Below are positions 49,566 to 59,037 of a stretch of 64,000 nucleotides of DNA, piece after piece. Each line of letters starts with the position of its first letter. Position 1 is the stretch's first letter. The stretch spans positions 48,007 to 112,006 of the forward strand of contig CAWKEK010000005.1 in the NCBI GenBank assembly GCA_963848615.1, read 5' to 3'. The DNA comes from an uncultured Candidatus Babeliaceae bacterium (GTDB lineage Bacteria > Babelota > Babeliae > Babelales > Babelaceae). Under the pieces are notes generated by a model, which was not told where the DNA came from, did no database searches, and was given only the letters and a program-made list of their open reading frames with translations. A program made the translations under genes and the position numbers.

Positions 49566-50759
49566 ATGTATAAAAAAAGAAAGTATCGTCTCATGAATAA
49601 ACGTCTATTGATAGTATTACTAACAGCCTCACTTTTCACGATCAATTCAAAGGACTTAGAGCCGGATCTTCAGCGGCCGGTGGTTGAAGAGAGAAAACCA
49701 ACAAAAATAGATTACGCGCTTTTTGCTTCGACTAATACGGTCAAGGGCGTTCCTATAACACCAGAAAATATCTTGGATATGGCTTCGAAAATGGCCCCCG
49801 CTGAATATGCATTTATTCAGGCGTGGTTGAAAATGCGGCCCGATATCGCGGCGCTCATGTCTTGCGCCGAGGCATTTGAAGGGGACAACCCGCCAATAAT
49901 TCAGGATAACCAAGGCAGATTAGCTTATTACTTTGCAACGCAAAAAAGGCTGCAAGAAGCCGGCATTGAAAATTTAAGCAGATCAAGTAATGCCGTTTTT
50001 GAATTGGAACAGTTTGTTCTTAAGGCCTCTTCACTTGCCAATCGGCATAAAAATGTTGGTACGGGGATTTTTGGTATGCCGTATGGTGACAAGATCTCCC
50101 CAGAGCAATTAAAAGAGTTTAATGCAAAGCATGGTGGGCATACCTACCAAACCATCAGCAGGTTAGCTTATATACTGCGTGGAGCAGAGATCTGCGAACT
50201 TTTTGATCTTGATCGTATTGAACTTCCGGAAAAATATCTTGTTCATATTCCTGGCCGTCCGGATGTTGTTGCCGATACCAATTACATTATTGCTGAAGAA
50301 AAAGTAAGGCATATTATTGCCGATTTACAAGACCATCCATTGGCATTAGATCCAGAAGTTATTCGTCAGTTAACGATACTTATTGGTGGTACTGCATTAT
50401 GGAATTTTGTCGGTTCACGCGGTAACATTTTTGTGATAAAAGATCCTGAAACAGGCAAGCTCAAGGTAAAACCTCACGATACAGAACAACCAAACGTCCA
50501 TTCACCGGCTGATTTCTTTCATAAAAATGCGGCGGTACATTTTAGCAATGTGCGTCATGGCTGGAATGCTCTCAAAGACGAAATTATTACCAGCTATGCC
50601 GGAAAACTTACGTCACAAATCGATGCAACTCAGCTTGCCCCCGAGCAGAAAGAGTTTCTAAAAAGTCTTGTTGCAGAGCGTGTTGCAAAAATTCTTCATG
50701 AAAAAGACGAACTAGAAAAAAATATTTCTGCGCATTTTCCGCAAGAAAAAAAAGATTAA
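49566..50759 (+). CDS. Secreted atypical kinase-like protein, tandem paralogue 3 (diverged, C-terminal extension; alternative start 49593)
   Basis: FVLKASSLANRHKN, TYQTISRLAYIL, KYLVHIPGRP, NYIIAEEK, LWNFVGSRGNIFV (N replaces D), PHDTEQPN..PADFF, plus about 70 extra C-terminal aa. Confidence 0.65.
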   Translation: MYKKRKYRLMNKRLLIVLLTASLFTINSKDLEPDLQRPVVEERKPTKIDYALFASTNTVKGVPITPENILDMASKMAPAEYAFIQAWLKMRPDIAALMSCAEAFEGDNPPIIQDNQGRLAYYFATQKRLQEAGIENLSRSSNAVFELEQFVLKASSLANRHKNVGTGIFGMPYGDKISPEQLKEFNAKHGGHTYQTISRLAYILRGAEICELFDLDRIELPEKYLVHIPGRPDVVADTNYIIAEEKVRHIIADLQDHPLALDPEVIRQLTILIGGTALWNFVGSRGNIFVIKDPETGKLKVKPHDTEQPNVHSPADFFHKNAAVHFSNVRHGWNALKDEIITSYAGKLTSQIDATQLAPEQKEFLKSLVAERVAKILHEKDELEKNISAHFPQEKKD

Positions 50760-50768
50760 TTAATAGTA

Positions 50769-50795
50769 AGGCCCCGAGTGTTTCGGGGCCTTGTT
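50769..50795 (+). terminator. Terminator-like hairpin after the kinase-like array
   Basis: AGGCCCCGA-GTGT-TTCGGGGCCT followed by TTGTTG, a weak T tract. Confidence 0.6.
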
Positions 50796-50918
50796 GTATA
50801 TTTTCCTAACGATTTTATGCCTTTGGGATGATCTGGTAGCCCTTTTGTTAAAATAACTATTATTTGTTATTATTTTCATAATCAACTTATAATTACACAA
50901 TAACTTAAGGTTAACATC

Positions 50919-51635
50919 ATGAAAAGGATTAATTTTTTATATCTCATGCTTACCTTGCCGGCATGCGTATTTGCCGCTGATACAAATTCAGGAGCAGAGA
51001 CAAGACAGATCAGAGTCCTAAGTCGGGAAAAAACAGATACGCTGTTAAAGTGTGTTGCTGAAACGTTGGAAGGTGCTGGAAAACGGGTAAAAGCTGTCGG
51101 TTACGATCCTAACCAGATTACTTGGGGATATGACGCATTCGTATATCCCTGTCTTGATGATAAGTATGTTCTTTGTTTAACGCCTGATACACAGCGTCTA
51201 TGCATGAAAAATAAGGCCATCACTCCTGTTGAACATTTTATTCTTCGTCATGCGGCTCACACTGCCTGTCTAGGCCGCATCCCGGAAGAAGAAGTCGATC
51301 GGGTAAAAAATTATATTTCTGGGGTTGGGGTAGGTTCATTGATTGCTGGCACAGCCATAGGCCTGAGCGTAGGATCATTGCCTGTTGTTTATACAGGTGC
51401 GGCTCTTTCAACTGCGGCAATTCTTGGCAGATTAGGACTAGAATTTACTACGTGGCCTGAACACCGACTTGCTGCGCGTTCTGTGGCGCGGGCATGCGAA
51501 CAATTTAAAGATGCTGAGCTGGTTACTGTCTATAAAGATTATAACGAAATGCACCCAAGGCCTTCAGATCTTTCTAAAGCTCCCCAAACGATTAAACTAT
51601 TAAAAGCTCAAGTTGAAAAGAGACATGAAGTATAA
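50919..51635 (+). CDS. Secreted or membrane protein with Gly-rich hydrophobic segment
   Basis: Leader FLYLMLTLPACVFA. Internal GVGVGSLIAGTAIGLSVGSLPVVYTGAALSTAAILG. Confidence 0.5.
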   Translation: MKRINFLYLMLTLPACVFAADTNSGAETRQIRVLSREKTDTLLKCVAETLEGAGKRVKAVGYDPNQITWGYDAFVYPCLDDKYVLCLTPDTQRLCMKNKAITPVEHFILRHAAHTACLGRIPEEEVDRVKNYISGVGVGSLIAGTAIGLSVGSLPVVYTGAALSTAAILGRLGLEFTTWPEHRLAARSVARACEQFKDAELVTVYKDYNEMHPRPSDLSKAPQTIKLLKAQVEKRHEV

Positions 51636-51657
51636 AACAACTTAAAAAACAAGAAAA

Positions 51658-51683
51658 TCCCCGGAATTCCCGGGCTTTTTTTT
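51658..51683. terminator. Bidirectional terminator between convergent genes
   Basis: CCCGG-AATTC-CCGGG followed by T8. Confidence 0.65.
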
Positions 51684-51695
51684 AGATCTAAGCTC

Positions 51696-52175
51696 TTATA
51701 TAATTTGACCTGCTTGCCGCATCGCATTCAATCTTTGGTGAGCATCACCTGCTATGAGTGGTCCAGCATTATCTTTCAAAAATTGATAAACATTGGCGGC
51801 TTTTGTATATTTTCCATCATGTAAATCTCTATCGGCATTCTCAAGTTGTTGCTGTAATGACGCATGTGCAAGATATTCCGCCGGCTTGGTCTGGTTGGCA
51901 TCTGGTAAATTTGACATGTCTTTTAGGCGTTTTATCGCTTCAACCTTTATACTTCTAGGCGCTGTATATTGGTCAGCTAAAATAGTTTCATATAGCATTC
52001 TTGCGCTATCAAATTTTCCTTGTTCCTTAAGTGCAGCAGCTTTATCAAGTTTATCTTCCCAATATTCGCGCCAGTTCATATAACCTGTTTTTAATCTCTT
52101 TAAAGGTTGAGTTTCTGATGCATTAAGGGCGCTTAAGCTTAAAAAGCCGACTAATGCTATTAATTTGTTCTTCAT
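51696..52175 (-). CDS. Secreted TPR-like helical-repeat protein
   Basis: Leader LIALVGFLSLSALNA. Two units of the type ALKEQGKFDSARMLYETIL and LHDGKYTKAANVYQFL. Confidence 0.55.
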   Translation of the reverse strand: MKNKLIALVGFLSLSALNASETQPLKRLKTGYMNWREYWEDKLDKAAALKEQGKFDSARMLYETILADQYTAPRSIKVEAIKRLKDMSNLPDANQTKPAEYLAHASLQQQLENADRDLHDGKYTKAANVYQFLKDNAGPLIAGDAHQRLNAMRQAGQII

Positions 52176-52255
52176 AATTAATCCTTTTTATTTTTATTGA
52201 ACTGAATTACTTTCAATTTAGCATAAAATGAAGCTAGAAAGCAATGGTTTTTATT

Positions 52256-52285
52256 GAAAAAGCCCCGGAACTCCGGGGCTTTTTG
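52256..52285. terminator. Terminator-like hairpin (relic copy, next to the rseP fragment)
   Basis: AGCCCCGGA-AC-TCCGGGGCT, flanked by A5 and T5. Confidence 0.5.
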
Positions 52286-52296
52286 AGTTTTAAGCG

Positions 52297-52375
52297 TTAT
52301 AAACCAAGATAGGGTTTGGCAAGAACTAAGATGTCTTGAATAATAATTCGGGCGGGCAAGGGTGTTAAGAGCACT
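52297..52375 (-). pseudogene. Orphan copy of the last roughly 80 nt of rseP
   Basis: TTATAAACCAAGATAGGGTTTGGCAAGAAC... aligns with 53121-53199 (TTATAAGCCAAGATAGGGTTTGGCAAGAAC...). Similarity decays after about 35 nt. Confidence 0.65.
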
Positions 52376-52450
52376 CAAATTGCAGGATGGTTGAAACTTG
52401 ATATAATATAAAGTATATGTTTAAGTTATTGATATAAAAATAAGGTTTTT

Positions 52451-53056
52451 ATGAAAAAATACATGTTATGTGCACTGGTTTCATCGTTGAGTCTTTCGGC
52501 TGAGTATAACGTCGACCGCGCGATTGAGATTATGAATGATATCGTTGATCGGGCACTAGAAGGCGTAAAGACTACCGGAAATCAAAATGCTTTTTGTGAA
52601 GTGCAAAAAAAGGCCGCACAAGATCTTTTAGAGCTGAGCGAGCAGATGACACAAGAGCAGATAAAAACTATTTTAGGTGATATTGAAAATGAGTTATTTT
52701 CTGAAGAAAATATCAAAACTGCTCGTTCATTTCATCAAAAAATTCGAGAAACGTTACTCAAGTTATCTGTTGCCAATAGCGATGAAGATCTTCTAAATAT
52801 CTATGAAGAATTATTGCCGATCATTGCATCAGATATTCAAAGTGCCCGTATGTTCTTCAAAGTCTTTGCATACAAAAATGAGCTAACGTTAGAAGATCTT
52901 GTTGGTTTAAAAGCAGATGTTGCGCCATTTAAAACCACTATTACTATTTTTTATGCGCTTTTTAATGATCCATCAGGCAAGTTATTAGCTGCTGCGATGG
53001 CTGGCAGTCGCCATCCATTTTCTTTCAGCGACAAGCTTATTGAATTGTATATATAA
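52451..53056 (+). CDS. Secreted helical protein, unknown function
   Basis: Leader MKKYMLCALVSSLSLSA. Bracketed by the duplicated hairpin plus rseP-3' modules. Confidence 0.5.
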   Translation: MKKYMLCALVSSLSLSAEYNVDRAIEIMNDIVDRALEGVKTTGNQNAFCEVQKKAAQDLLELSEQMTQEQIKTILGDIENELFSEENIKTARSFHQKIRETLLKLSVANSDEDLLNIYEELLPIIASDIQSARMFFKVFAYKNELTLEDLVGLKADVAPFKTTITIFYALFNDPSGKLLAAAMAGSRHPFSFSDKLIELYI

Positions 53057-53073
53057 ATTTTTTTGTTAGATTT

Positions 53074-53109
53074 TAAAAAAAGGCCCTGAAAAGATTCAGG
53101 GCCTTTTTT
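53074..53109. terminator. Bidirectional terminator (52451..53056 and rseP)
   Basis: AGGCCCTGAA-AAGA-TTCAGGGCCT, flanked by A7 and T6. Confidence 0.75.
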
Positions 53110-53120
53110 ATTACTCAATT

Positions 53121-54257
53121 TTATAAGCCAAGATAGGGTTTGGCAAGAACCAGAATATCCTGGATAGTTACCCAGGAAATAAGAACGAGTAAGAGTGCCC
53201 ATGTGGCATACGCAATGCCATTCCTGATGCTTTCAGGTAACGCTCTGCCAATTATCGCTTCGATGGTATAAAAGAGGGCTTGGCCGCCGTCAAAGACTGG
53301 TAACGGAATAAGGTTCATAACCGCTAAGTTAACGGAGATAAAGGCTAAAAAGAGTAAAAAGACAATAAAGCCTTTTTCTGCACCCTTAACCATCTGGGTA
53401 ATAACCATAACCGGTCCGCCGATTCCTTTAACAGATTTTTCTCTAAAAAGTTTGGTTAGGGCGTCGATAGTTGAAAAAATCCAGAAATTGGTTTGTTTAA
53501 TTCCCATCTGAACAGCCTGCATAACGGTCGCAGCCTTAATAGGAAGATATTCAAAGGCAATCCCCAGACCTTTGTCGCTCAAGGTGACTGTAACGTCGCG
53601 TGTGGTTGAAATTTCAGGGGTTTCATGGTGTGTAATACGTAAGGTAACTTCTTTGCCATGGTGAGTGCTGAGGGTTTGCATAAGTTTGTGCATAAAGACC
53701 GGTAACGGGAGCTTGGTGAGCTCATAGAGCGTATCGCCAGCCTTAATGCCCTCGATAGTGTCTCCAACAACCAGGCCTGCCTGGGCTGCAGGAGAATTCT
53801 CAATAAGAGTCTCTATGTCAGATGTTGCGTTATTCGGGAATAAAAGAGGGGTTTTAGGGGCGCCAAGTATAAATGCAAGGGTTACGGCACCGTAGGCAAA
53901 GATTAAGTTAAATACGATACCACCTGCGATAATAAGCATTTTTTGGTAATACGGCTTAACCGCAAACGAATCAGGTGCGGTGCTTTTACTTTCTTTTTGT
54001 TCGCCTTGACCCGGTTCTTCAGAGCCTGCAATCTCAACATACCCACCAAAAGGCAGGGCAGAAAGTGTGAAGACCGTGTCGCCTAGTTTCTTTTTTAGTA
54101 ATTGTGGACCAAAGCCGATTGAAAAAGAAGGGGTCTTTACCCCAAAGAGCTTGCAAAAAAGAAAGTGGCCTAGTTCGTGAAAGCCAACAAGAAACCCAAA
54201 CCCTAAAGCACCGGTTAAGATAAAAGGTAGATACATAATAAGAGCAGAAAGTTGCAT
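53121..54257 (-). CDS. rseP: Site-2 (M50) intramembrane zinc metalloprotease RseP
   Basis: HELGHFLFCKLFGV (HExxH), central PDZ-like region, NLIPLPVFDGG. Confidence 0.9.
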   Translation of the reverse strand: MQLSALIMYLPFILTGALGFGFLVGFHELGHFLFCKLFGVKTPSFSIGFGPQLLKKKLGDTVFTLSALPFGGYVEIAGSEEPGQGEQKESKSTAPDSFAVKPYYQKMLIIAGGIVFNLIFAYGAVTLAFILGAPKTPLLFPNNATSDIETLIENSPAAQAGLVVGDTIEGIKAGDTLYELTKLPLPVFMHKLMQTLSTHHGKEVTLRITHHETPEISTTRDVTVTLSDKGLGIAFEYLPIKAATVMQAVQMGIKQTNFWIFSTIDALTKLFREKSVKGIGGPVMVITQMVKGAEKGFIVFLLFLAFISVNLAVMNLIPLPVFDGGQALFYTIEAIIGRALPESIRNGIAYATWALLLVLISWVTIQDILVLAKPYLGL

Positions 54258-54382
54258 GAATACTCCTGATTGAGATATATAATAAATATTTTATGAGAAT
54301 AAGCCTACCATAAAAATAGCACTTTTACACCCGACCGGGGTAGCTCCGGGAAGTCATCCATGAGCTTGTTAAAATTGACCAC

Positions 54383-54410
54383 TTGAAAAAATTAGTAAAA
54401 AAGCTACAAT
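54383..54410 (+). promoter_or_regulatory. Candidate sigma70-type promoter of the str operon
   Basis: TTGAAA (54383-54388), 16-nt spacer, TACAAT (54405-54410), about 75 nt upstream of rpsL. The AT-rich context lowers specificity. Confidence 0.3.
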
Positions 54411-54486
54411 TAAAGGAAGCGTCTACCTTAATTTACAGTAGAAAAATTATTAATTACACCGTTAAAACGTATGGATATATAGAACT

Positions 54487-54900
54487 ATGCCTACAATTAA
54501 TCAGCTTGTTCGCCAAGAGCGTGTTAAACCGCGCTATAAATCAAAAAGCCCTGCACTCAAGGGCAGTCCTCAGGCACGTGGCGTTTGTACTCGTGTGTTT
54601 ACTCAAACACCGAAAAAACCAAACTCTGCATTACGTAAAGTTGCTCGTGTTAAGTTATCAACTGGCATCGAAGTAACCGCTTACATTGGTGGTGAAGGCC
54701 ATAATCTTCAAGAACACTCCGTTGTCTTAGTACGCGGTGGTAGGGTAAAAGATTTACCTGGTGTTAAATATCATATCATACGTGGAGCGCTTGACTGTGC
54801 TGGTGTTGATAAACGCCGTCAAGGTCGTTCATTGTATGGTGCTAAACGTCCAAAAGCAAATAAAGTAAGGTATACAGTATGCCACGTCGTAAATCCGTAA
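54487..54900 (+). CDS. rpsL: 30S ribosomal protein S12 (3' end probably read through by about 12 codons because of an indel in the A run near 54858-54864)
   Basis: [10 protein letters not shown]...[14 protein letters not shown]...[35 protein letters not shown] would give the expected stop (GCAAAATAA) with one extra A. Confidence 0.93.
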   Translation: MPTINQLVRQERVKPRYKSKSPALKGSPQARGVCTRVFTQTPKKPNSALRKVARVKLSTGIEVTAYIGGEGHNLQEHSVVLVRGGRVKDLPGVKYHIIRGALDCAGVDKRRQGRSLYGAKRPKANKVRYTVCHVVNP

Positions 54901-55362
54901 ATTTTATCAGAGAAATTGAACCAGATGCTCGTTATGGTTCACGAGATTGTTCAAAAGTTTATTAACATTGTTATGTGGCGTGGTAAGAAAAATGCCGCTC
55001 GTACTATTGTCTACGATGCATTAGATATTCTGACTAAAAAAAATTCAGGCGATCATGAAAAAGCATTACATATGTTTGCTCACGCGCTTGAACAAATTAT
55101 CCCAGCAATTGAAGTTCGCCCACGTCGCGTTGGCGGAAGTGTTTATCAAATCCCTACAGAAGTAACTGCACACCGTGGCAGATCTTTGGCTATCCGTTGG
55201 CTTATTGCAGCTGCAGCAAGCCGTGCTGATAAAACTATGGGTGAACGTTTGGCTCATGAACTATTTGATGCATATGAAGGTCGTGGTAACGCCATGAAGA
55301 AAAAACTTGATGTGCATAAAATGGCAGAAGCCAACCGCGCATTTTCACACTTATCTTGGTAA
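54879..55362 (+). CDS. rpsG: 30S ribosomal protein S7 (one frameshift near 54930-54940)
   Basis: ATG at 54879 gives [21 protein letters not shown], then a frame switch to [19 protein letters not shown]...[13 protein letters not shown]. Confidence 0.85.
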
Positions 55363-55380
55363 TGAAAGGGAAGTACGTTT

Positions 55381-57457
55381 ATGAGTATCCCATTAGATAG
55401 ATATAGAAATATAGGTATTGCAGCTCATATCGATGCAGGAAAGACAACGTTTACTGAGCGTATTCTTTTCTATACGGGTGTTTCTCATAAGATCGGTGAA
55501 GTTCATGAAGGTGAAACAACATCATGGACTGGATGGAGCAAGAAAATGAGCGTGGTATTACTATTACCTCAGCTGCTATATCTGCGCTTGGAAAAATTAC
55601 CAAATCAACATTATTGATACTCCGGGCCACGTAGACTTTACCATTGAAGTTGGTACGATCGTTGCGTGTTCTTGATGGTGTTGTTGCGGTGTTTTGTGGT
55701 GTTGGCGGCGTTCAGCCACAATCTGAAACAGTGTGGCGTCAAGCAAATCGTTATAAGGTTCCACGTATTATCTTTGTTAACAAACTTAGATCGTATTGGC
55801 GCAGATTATTTCCGTGTCGTTAATGATATTAATAATAAATTACATGCAAATGCTGTTGCTATGCAGATTCCTGTTGGTCAATCTGAAAATTTTACGGGAA
55901 TCATCGATGTTCTTACTCAAAAAGATGGCAACATTTAGTGGCGAGATGGGTAACATCCTTGCTTGGCCTGGATGTTCCTGAAGAATATAAAGCGCAGGTC
56001 GAAGAGCATTCGCAAAAATTGTTGAAAAAGCGGCAGAAGTTGATGATGCGCTTGCAGAAAAATTTCTTAACGAAGAGCCTATTACCATTGAAGAAATTAA
56101 GGCTGCTTTGCGTAAGGGAATTATTGATCGTAAAGTTGATTCCCGCTTTCTGTGGTACGGCATTTAAAAATAAAGGCGTTCAGCTTGCGCTTGATGCGGT
56201 TGTTGATTATTTACCATCGCCACTGGATATTCCACCAGTTTCTGGTATTGTTCCGCGATACTGATAAAGTTGAAGAACGTATAACTATCTCCAGAAGCGC
56301 CATTTTGCGGTTTGGCATTTAAAATTATGACCGATCCATTTGTTGGTGTTTTAAGTTTCGTTCGTGTTTATTCAGGGACGTTTAAATCTGGTTCATATGT
56401 CTATAATGCTACCAAAGGCGCTAAAGAGCGTGTAAGCCGTTTGGTTAAGAATGCATGCTAATAAGCGTGAAGAGATTCCTGAACTTCGTGCTGGTGATAT
56501 TGGTGCGGTTGTTGGTTTAAAAGAAGCAATAACTGGTGATACATTGTGTGATGAAAGTCATCCAATTTTACTTGAAAAAATCGATATCCCAGATCCAGTT
56601 ATTTCAGCGTCAGTTGAACCAAAACAAAAAGCTGATTATGAAAAAATGGGTGTTGGCTTACGTAAACTGATGCAAGAAGATCCATCATTCCAATTTTCTT
56701 TTAATAAAGAAACATCTCAAACGGTTATTCGTGGTATGGGTGAGTTTCATCTTGAGATTATTGTTGATCGCCTGAAACGTGAACATAAAGTTGAAGTTAC
56801 TCAGGGTAAGCTACAAGTTGCATTTAAAGAAACTATCCAAAAACCTATTGAGGTTGAAGGTAAGTATATTAAGCAATCTGGTGGTAAAGGTCAATATGGT
56901 CACGTTTGGATTCTGTTTGAACCATTAGAGCGTGGTAAAGGGTATGAATTTGTAAACGGTGTTGTTGGTGGAACAATTCCTCGTGAATTTATTCCAGGGG
57001 TTGAAAAGGGTCTTGAAGACGCACATAATTCTGGTGTGTTAGGTGGATTCCCGGTAGTAGACTTTAAAGCAACGCTTAAAGATGGTTCTTATCATGATGT
57101 TGACTCTTCTGAGCTCGCGTTTAAAGTTGCTGCATCGTATGGCCTTTAAAGATGGTATGAAGAAAGCTGATCCATGTTTGCTTGAACCGATAATGCAGGT
57201 TGAAGTAGACACTCCAGAAGATTATATGGGTGACGTAATGGGAGATTTAAATTCCCGTCGTGGCCGTATATTGGGTATGGAAGGCAAAGGCGGTACTCAG
57301 GTTATCATGCAGAAGTTCCCTAGCAGAGATGTTTGGTTATGCAACGCAACTGCGTTCTATGACTAAAGGTCGTGCAAGTTATTCAATGGAATTCAAATGT
57401 TACCGAGAAGTTCCTAAATCGGCTCAAGAGCAGATTTTGAGTGCGAATAAGATATAG
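55381..57457 (+). pseudogene. fusA: Elongation factor G, at least a dozen frame changes in 2.1 kb
   Basis: All EF-G blocks are present but scattered over three frames: [159 protein letters not shown]. Confidence 0.85.
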
Positions 57458-57506
57458 AAGTTATAGAGATACGAGTATTTAATTATATAGGTTGTTAGGA
57501 GATACT

Positions 57507-58696
57507 ATGGCAAAAGGCGTTTTTGAACGTAAAAAGCCTCACTTGAACGTCGGAACGATTGGTCACGTTGACCATGGCAAAACGACATTGACCGCTGCTA
57601 TTGCAACGACATTAGCAAGTAAAGGTCTTGCTGAAGCTAAACCATTTGATGAAATTGATAAAGCACCAGAAGAAAAAGCACGTGGTATTACTATTGCTAT
57701 TTCACACATTGAATATGAAACAGCAAATCGTCACTACGCGCATATTGACTGTCCTGGTCACGCTGACTATGTTAAAAACATGATCACCGGTGCGGCACAG
57801 ATGGATGGCGCGATCTTGGTGGTATCTGCAGCAGATGGTGCGATGCCTCAAACTCGTGAACATATTCTTCTTGCTAAAAACGTTGGTGTTCCATCACTTG
57901 TTGTCTTCTTGAACAAAGTTGACATGGTTGATGACACAGACATGGTTGACATGGTTGAAGAAGAAATTCGTGATCTTCTTGAAATATGACTTCCCAGGCG
58001 ATAAAATCCCTATTATCCGCGGTTCTGCATTAAAAGCATTACAAGGCGATAAAGGTGAACTTGGTTCACAAGCAATCGATAAATTGATGGAAGCATTGGA
58101 TACCTACATCCCAGCTCCTACACGTGAAGTTGACAAACCATTCTTGATGGCTGTTGAAGGCGTGTTCTCAATTGCTGGCCGTGGTACTGTTGCTACGGGT
58201 CCGTATTGAACGTGGTCGTATTAAAGTGGGTGAAGAGATCGAAATTATTGGTCTTGGATCACATGCTAAAACAACGGTTACTGGTATTGAAATGTTCCGT
58301 AAAACATTGGAACATGGTGAAGCTGGTGATAACGTTGGTATTCTTCTTCGTGGTACGAAAAAAGAAGAAATTGAACGTGGTATGGTTCTTGCTAAATCAG
58401 GTTCTGTTAAACCGCATAAAAAGTTCAAATGCCAAGTGTATGTTCTTTCTAAAGATGAAGGCGGACGCCACTCTCCATTCTTTAATGGTTACCGTCCACA
58501 ATTCTACTTCAGAACGACAGACGTTACTGGTGTTGTAACACTTCCTGAAGGTCGTGAAATGGTTATGCCAGGCGATGACGTTAACTTGAGTGTTGAACTT
58601 ATTACGCCTATTGCAATGGAAAAAGATGGACGCTTTGCAATTCGTGAAGGTGGCAGAACGGTTGGTTCCGGTGTTGTTACTGAGATTTTAGATTAA
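57507..58696 (+). CDS. tuf: Elongation factor Tu (two frameshifts: A run near 57985, extra C near 58200)
   Basis: [41 protein letters not shown](K)[16 protein letters not shown] and GRGTVATG(R)IERGRIKVG continue only after shifts. Confidence 0.9.
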
Positions 58697-58714
58697 TCGA
58701 ATGGATAATGATTG

Positions 58715-59020
58715 ATGAAAAAGCAAAAAATTCGTTTAACATTAAAATCTTACGATCATCATTTGCTTGATAAAGCGGTTAGACAAATTGTCTTGACGGT
58801 TAAACGGACAGGGTCGCATGTTGTGCAACCTGTTCCGCTTCCGAATCAATGGAAATTTTTTACCGTGTTGCGTTCACCGCATATCGATAAAAAATCTCGT
58901 GAGCAATTTGATATTACTACGCATCGTAGAATTTTAGATATTGTTTCACCGTCAGATCAGACGATGGATGCTCTTATGAAATTGAGCATATCTTCTGGTG
59001 TAGATGTGGAAATTAAATAA
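58715..59020 (+). CDS. rpsJ: 30S ribosomal protein S10
   Basis: [19 protein letters not shown]...[25 protein letters not shown]. Confidence 0.93.
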   Translation: MKKQKIRLTLKSYDHHLLDKAVRQIVLTVKRTGSHVVQPVPLPNQWKFFTVLRSPHIDKKSREQFDITTHRRILDIVSPSDQTMDALMKLSISSGVDVEIK

Positions 59021-59037
59021 GTATGAAAGGTCATGTA

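Noticed and set aside
55381-57457. Programmed frameshifting or transcriptional slippage rescuing the disrupted genes
   Set aside because: Known rescue by polymerase slippage in endosymbionts needs long poly(A) tracts of about 9-10 or more. Here the runs are 2-6 nt, some sites are not homopolymeric at all, and a dozen shifts in one gene cannot be programmed. Sequence error is far more likely.
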